Shown here: in pieces, positions 59,434-64,000 of the stretch
How positions within the stretch are numbered: position 1 is the first letter of the stretch
Layout: each line of letters begins with the position of its first letter
From: an uncultured Pseudomonadota bacterium
GTDB taxonomy: Bacteria; Oederibacteriota; Muellerivitia; Muellerivitales; Muellerivitaceae
NCBI GenBank assembly: GCA_963770835.1
Contig: CAVYRH010000004.1
Span: 224,001-288,000 of the forward strand
Reading direction: 5' to 3'
Length of the DNA stretch: 64,000 nt
Notes under the pieces: model-generated
The model's database searches: none
What the model saw: the letters and a program-made list of their open reading frames with translations, nothing else
Told to the model about the DNA's origin: nothing
Position numbers and translations under genes: made by a program

Positions 59434-59910
59434 ATGAACTATTCAGAAATAGTTAAAGAATATTTCAAAAAGAATTCTTCTGAAATATATTCATTCGCTT
59501 CGAAGTATGGACTGAACGTTGAGGAATTTCCTCAATATTCCGAATCGTGGAGTTTGGGATTTAAACACCCGAAGGGTGGGCATGGATATATCTCTATCAT
59601 GATATTGCCGGATGATATCGTAAATATTAATAGTCAGTGGTTGGTTTGTGTTTTTGAGACGTTCAGTATGTATTCAAAAAACAAGAATTTTAGAGTTCCT
59701 GATTCCTCGGAAGTTGATTTTTTAAAGAAAATGTTTGAAACGGCGCTTCAAGAAATACTTTCATGGGATTCGGCCGAGTTGGAAATAGCAGGAGGGAAGG
59801 AAGGGGCGCTCAAGGATTCTTGGGCGAGTTTTAAAACAAAAGAAGATTGGGAAAAATCTTTTGAATGGCTGCCAAAAAACCTTCCAAAGGGTTACGAACC
59901 CTCAAAATAA
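59434..59910 (+). CDS. AT-rich orphan protein inside the operon
   Basis: 158-aa ORF with visibly low GC between puuD and ALDH. Confidence 0.65.
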   Translation: MNYSEIVKEYFKKNSSEIYSFASKYGLNVEEFPQYSESWSLGFKHPKGGHGYISIMILPDDIVNINSQWLVCVFETFSMYSKNKNFRVPDSSEVDFLKKMFETALQEILSWDSAELEIAGGKEGALKDSWASFKTKEDWEKSFEWLPKNLPKGYEPSK

Positions 59911-59976
59911 AATGGAAAAAAAAGAATAAACGCCGATTGACGAATTGTTTTCGTCTTTGCGTTGAGGTGAAAAAAA

Positions 59977-61347
59977 GTGCTTAAGATATTCAACCCCGCC
60001 AATGGGACACTCATAAGAGAAGTGCCAGAAGACGGCCCGGCCGAGATCGCCCAAAAGGCGAAGGCCGCCCAGAAGGCGCAACCTGTTTGGGCTGCAAGGC
60101 CCCTTTCGGAACGGTTGGCCATCCTCAAAAAATTCAGGGACTTGGTTGTTTCCAAGATCGAAGACTTGGCCCTGACCCTGACGGATGAAGTAGGCAAGCC
60201 CATCACCCAATCGCGCAATGAATTGAAGGGCCTGTTGGCGAGACTGGATTTTTTCCTGGAAAACACGAGGAAAGAACTGTCCGAGGAGACTGTCTTTTCC
60301 GACAAAGGAATGACCGAAAAGATCCTCCATGAGCCCTTGGGGGTGGTGGCTAATATCTCCGCCTGGAACTATCCCTATTTCGTGGGTTCCAACGTCTTCG
60401 TGCCTGCTCTGCTCGCTGGCAACGCGGTGCTCTACAAACCCTCCGAATTCGCCGCTTTGACCGGCATGAATATCGCGGACCTCCTCTATGAGGCCGGTGT
60501 TCCCAAGGAAATATTCGGTCTGATCGTAGGGGGTGGAGCCACGGGTGCTACCCTGCTGGAACAGGACATCGACGGAGTCTTTTTCACAGGTTCCCACGCC
60601 ACGGGCCTCAAGGTGGCTGCGGCCGCCTCCAAGCGCCTGATCAAACTCCAACTCGAACTAGGCGGCAAGGACCCGGCTTATGTTTGCGAGGACGTCGACA
60701 TTCAAAACGCGGCTATCGGCCTGGCCGATGGCGCTTTTTACAACACCGGGCAAAGCTGTTGTTCGGTCGAGCGTATCTACGTAAATTCCAAAATCTTCGA
60801 GCCTTTCCTGGAAGCCTTTGTGGCCGAAGTGAAGAGCTATATTCCCGGCGATCCCCGCGATGAAAAGACATACCTGGGCGCCATCACCCGGCCGGCCCAG
60901 CTTCAAGTTCTCAAACGCCAGGTGGACGACGCAGTGGCCAAGGGAGCCAAGCTTCATTGCGGGGGAAAAATCCTGCCGGGGCCCGGTAACTTTTTCGAGG
61001 CCACGGTTCTCTCCAACGTGAACCATCAAATGGAGCTGATGCGGGAAGAGAGTTTTGGGCCCGTGATCGGCATCCAAAAAGTCCCGGGGGACGAAGTGGC
61101 CGTAGCGTTGATGAACGACACGGTTTACGGATTGACCGCCGGGGTTTACACCCAGGATCAGGCCCGGGCCGAACGCCTGCTTGCCCAAGTGGACGCCGGA
61201 TCAGCCTATTGGAACTGCTGTGACCGGGTCAGCCCCCGACTGCCCTGGTCTGGAAGAAAGCACTCCGGGCTCGGCACGGTTCTTTCCCATTACGGGATTC
61301 AAACCTTCACCCGCCCCAAGGCCCTGCACCTTCGCCAGCCTGGATGA
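59977..61347 (+). CDS. Aldehyde dehydrogenase
   Basis: WNYP, KPSE, FTGS, LELGGKDP, NTGQSCC, EESFGP. Confidence 0.95.
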   Translation: MLKIFNPANGTLIREVPEDGPAEIAQKAKAAQKAQPVWAARPLSERLAILKKFRDLVVSKIEDLALTLTDEVGKPITQSRNELKGLLARLDFFLENTRKELSEETVFSDKGMTEKILHEPLGVVANISAWNYPYFVGSNVFVPALLAGNAVLYKPSEFAALTGMNIADLLYEAGVPKEIFGLIVGGGATGATLLEQDIDGVFFTGSHATGLKVAAAASKRLIKLQLELGGKDPAYVCEDVDIQNAAIGLADGAFYNTGQSCCSVERIYVNSKIFEPFLEAFVAEVKSYIPGDPRDEKTYLGAITRPAQLQVLKRQVDDAVAKGAKLHCGGKILPGPGNFFEATVLSNVNHQMELMREESFGPVIGIQKVPGDEVAVALMNDTVYGLTAGVYTQDQARAERLLAQVDAGSAYWNCCDRVSPRLPWSGRKHSGLGTVLSHYGIQTFTRPKALHLRQPG

Positions 61348-61361
61348 GTTTTATTGAAACT

Positions 61362-61415
61362 GAGGTTGCTTCGTCATAAACGCCAGCCTATTCTGCTGGC
61401 ATTCCTCGCAATGAC
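61362..61415. repeat. REP-like palindrome (ttgcttcg...ctcgcaatgac type) with inner hairpin
   Basis: gaggttgcttcgtc...gccagc-ctattct-gctggc...ttcctcgcaatgac. Confidence 0.5.
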
Positions 61416-61436
61416 AGCAATGGAGTTTTGATATCT

Positions 61437-64000
61437 ATGGATCCCGAATCCGAGCGGCTTGCTCTTTTCATCAACGGCAATCACCCCTGGAAGAAATGGG
61501 GCTCCTATCTCTCCGAGCGGCAATGGGGAACGGTACGGGAGGATTATTCCCCCAACGGCACCTGCTGGGACTACCTCCCCCACGACCACGCGCGCAGCCG
61601 GGCCTACCGCTGGGGTGAGGACGGCCTATTGGGATTGTGCGACACCAAGGGCTTGGTTTGCTTCGCCGCCGCCCTTTGGAACGGCAAGGACCCCATCCTC
61701 AAGGAGCGGCTTTTCGGCTTGAACGGCGACGAGGGCAACCACGGGGAGGACGTGAAGGAGAGTTACTACTACCTTTCCTCTTCGCCCAGCCATGCTTATA
61801 TGAAGGCTCTCTATAAATATCCCCAAGCCGAGTATCCCTACGCCAGGCTGGTGGAAGAGAACCGCAAGCGGGGCAAGGAAAGCCCTGAGTTCGAACTGGC
61901 CGACACCGGAATCTTCAACGACAACCGCTACTTCGACTTCTTCGTGGAATACGCCAAGGCGGACCCCGAAGACATCCTGATCCGCTTGACCGCCGTCAAC
62001 CGGGGGCCCGATGCCGCGCCGCTGACCGTGCTTCCCACCCTCTGGCTCAAGAACACTTGGAGCTGGGGCCGGGAGGGGGAGCATTATTGGCCCAAGTTCC
62101 CCATCGTCCGCAAGGACAAGGGTTTGATGCTGGACCACCCGGCCATCGGCAAGTATTTCCTCAAGGCCGAGGGGTCGCCGCAGATCCTGTTCACCGAAAA
62201 CGAGACCAACTTTGAGAGGCTTTATAACACTCCGAGCGGGTCACCTTACGTGAAAGACGCTTTCCACGACTATGTGGTGAAGGACCGTCACGAGGCCGTG
62301 AACTTGGAGGAGGGCACGAAGACTGCCTTTCTCTACAAGCTCCAAATCCCCGCCGGGGGACAACAGGTTTTGCGTTTAAGGTTCTCCAACCGCGACTTGC
62401 CCGAAGCCTTCGGGGCGGATTTCGACAAGGTTTTCGCGGACCGGGCCAAAGAAACCAAGGACTATTACGATTTGAAAATTCCAGCCACCCTTACAAAGGA
62501 CGAAAGGGTGGTTGCCGAACAGGCCTATGCGGGGCTTTTGTGGAGTAAGCAATACTATCTTTACCAAGTGAAGGAATGGCTGGAGGGCGACCCCAGCCAA
62601 CCGCCGGTGGATCCGGGCCGCAAGATGGGCCGCAACTACGACTGGTGCCACTTTGGGGCTGAAGACGTGCTTTCCATGCCCGACAACTGGGAATACCCCT
62701 GGTTCGCTTCCTGGGACCTGGCTTTCCATACGATCCTCTTCGCGCACATCGACCCCTTTTTCGCCAAGCACCAGCTGGTGCTGCTCTTGCGCGAATGGTA
62801 CATGCACCCCAATGGGCAGATCCCGGCCTATGAGTTCGCTTTCTCCGACGTGAACCCGCCACTGCACGCTTGGGCCGCATGGCGCACCTACAAAATCAGC
62901 GCGGCTAAGGGGGAAAGGGACCGGGTGTTCCTTTCGCGCGTGTTCCAGAAGTTGCTGCTCAATTTCACCTGGTGGGTCAACCGCAAGGATGCCAAGGGCA
63001 ACAACCTTTTTTCGGGGGGGTTCCTGGGCCTGGACAACATCGGGGTCTTCGACCGGGGGCAGATGGCCCCGGGGGCCCTGCTGGAGCAGGCCGACGGCAC
63101 GGCCTGGATGGCCTTTTATTGCGGAACCCTTCTTTCCATGGCCCTGGAGCTTTCCGTGGAAAACCCCGCCACCGAGGACATGGCCACCAAGTTCTTCGAG
63201 CATTATTTAAGCATCGTCCAGGCCATGAACACTCTGGGCGGCACGGGCCTGTGGGATGAGGCCGACGGCTTTTACTATGACCAGCTCCAGCAGGAGGGTT
63301 CGGTGATCCCCCTCAAGATCCGCTCCGTGGTGGGCATCATCCCCCTTTTCGCGGTGGACATCCTGAAGGAAGAAACCCTCGAAAAACTCCCGGAGTTTTA
63401 TAAGCGCATGAAATGGTTCCTCCGGTATAGGCCCGAGGAGGCGAAGGCTATCCTGCGCCGGGATGAGGGCAAGGTGGGGAAGGGCTGCTACCTTTTAGCC
63501 GTGCCCTCCAAGGAAAGGCTGGTGCGGGTGCTGAAGTACGTGTTGGACGAGAACGAATTCTTGTCCCCCTACGGCATCCGGGCCGTGTCGAAGTTCCACA
63601 AGGACCACCCCTATGTCTGCGACGTGATGGGGCAGCGCAACGAGATCGATTACGAACCGGCGGAGTCCCGGACCTCGCTTTTTGGGGGCAATTCCAACTG
63701 GCGCGGACCGGTGTGGATGCCGATCAACTTCCTTTTGATCGAGACCTTGGAGCGGTACCACCACTTTTATGGGGACGACCTCAAGGTGGAATGCCCGACG
63801 GGTTCGGGCCAATGGATGAACCTGAAGGAAGTGGCGCAATTTCTCGGGAAGCGCTTAAGCCAATTGTTCCTGCCGGACAGCGGGGGCAACCGCCCCTGCC
63901 ACGGGGGCGACCCGCGTTACGCGAAGGACCCGGCCTGGAAAGACCTAGTGCTGTTTTACGAGTATTTCCACGGGGACAATGGAAAGGGCCTGGGCGCCAG
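61437..64000 (+). CDS. GH63/MGH1-like glucosidase, truncated by the window end (absent from the ORF track)
   Basis: MDPESERL...WKKWGSYLSERQWGTVREDYS, SRAYRWGEDG, GNHGEDVKE, SMPDNWEYPWFASWDLAFH, NSNWRGPVWMP, YEYFHGDNGKGLGA. Confidence 0.93.
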   Translation, partial: MDPESERLALFINGNHPWKKWGSYLSERQWGTVREDYSPNGTCWDYLPHDHARSRAYRWGEDGLLGLCDTKGLVCFAAALWNGKDPILKERLFGLNGDEGNHGEDVKESYYYLSSSPSHAYMKALYKYPQAEYPYARLVEENRKRGKESPEFELADTGIFNDNRYFDFFVEYAKADPEDILIRLTAVNRGPDAAPLTVLPTLWLKNTWSWGREGEHYWPKFPIVRKDKGLMLDHPAIGKYFLKAEGSPQILFTENETNFERLYNTPSGSPYVKDAFHDYVVKDRHEAVNLEEGTKTAFLYKLQIPAGGQQVLRLRFSNRDLPEAFGADFDKVFADRAKETKDYYDLKIPATLTKDERVVAEQAYAGLLWSKQYYLYQVKEWLEGDPSQPPVDPGRKMGRNYDWCHFGAEDVLSMPDNWEYPWFASWDLAFHTILFAHIDPFFAKHQLVLLLREWYMHPNGQIPAYEFAFSDVNPPLHAWAAWRTYKISAAKGERDRVFLSRVFQKLLLNFTWWVNRKDAKGNNLFSGGFLGLDNIGVFDRGQMAPGALLEQADGTAWMAFYCGTLLSMALELSVENPATEDMATKFFEHYLSIVQAMNTLGGTGLWDEADGFYYDQLQQEGSVIPLKIRSVVGIIPLFAVDILKEETLEKLPEFYKRMKWFLRYRPEEAKAILRRDEGKVGKGCYLLAVPSKERLVRVLKYVLDENEFLSPYGIRAVSKFHKDHPYVCDVMGQRNEIDYEPAESRTSLFGGNSNWRGPVWMPINFLLIETLERYHHFYGDDLKVECPTGSGQWMNLKEVAQFLGKRLSQLFLPDSGGNRPCHGGDPRYAKDPAWKDLVLFYEYFHGDNGKGLGA

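Overview
GC-rich bacterial chromosomal window, probably from a diderm organism (lipoboxes, C-terminal-Phe beta-barrel proteins). It has about 58 CDS. I saw no rRNA, tRNA, CRISPR array or intact transposase/integrase. Housekeeping genes include an acyl-CoA desaturase, cstA, a ClC antiporter, an AAA/VWA pair, a frameshifted two-domain thyX, mqnD, queG, mtnB/mtnD, moeB, galK, an OYE flavin reductase, glucose dehydrogenase, a glycogen debranching enzyme, GH63 and a gamma-glutamylation amine-catabolism cluster. Three things stand out. (1) At 38.5-48.5 kb, an operon with a LacI-type operator encodes three paralogous, very large SLH/coiled-coil/beta-barrel (OmpM-like) proteins flanked by three CBM-like lipoproteins. 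This is a candidate SusC/D-independent glycan capture/uptake system. (2) At 18.6-21.7 kb, three lipoproteins carry redox heads (cupredoxin, cytochrome c, cupredoxin) on Thr-rich stalks of different lengths, and the cupredoxins have an unusually long Cys-rich ligand loop. (3) A dispersed family of long palindromic elements built from triplicated 7-10-mers sits mostly at intra-operon junctions, and one half-copy appears recruited into a signal-peptide coding region. All product calls come from motif recognition by eye. No database searches were run.
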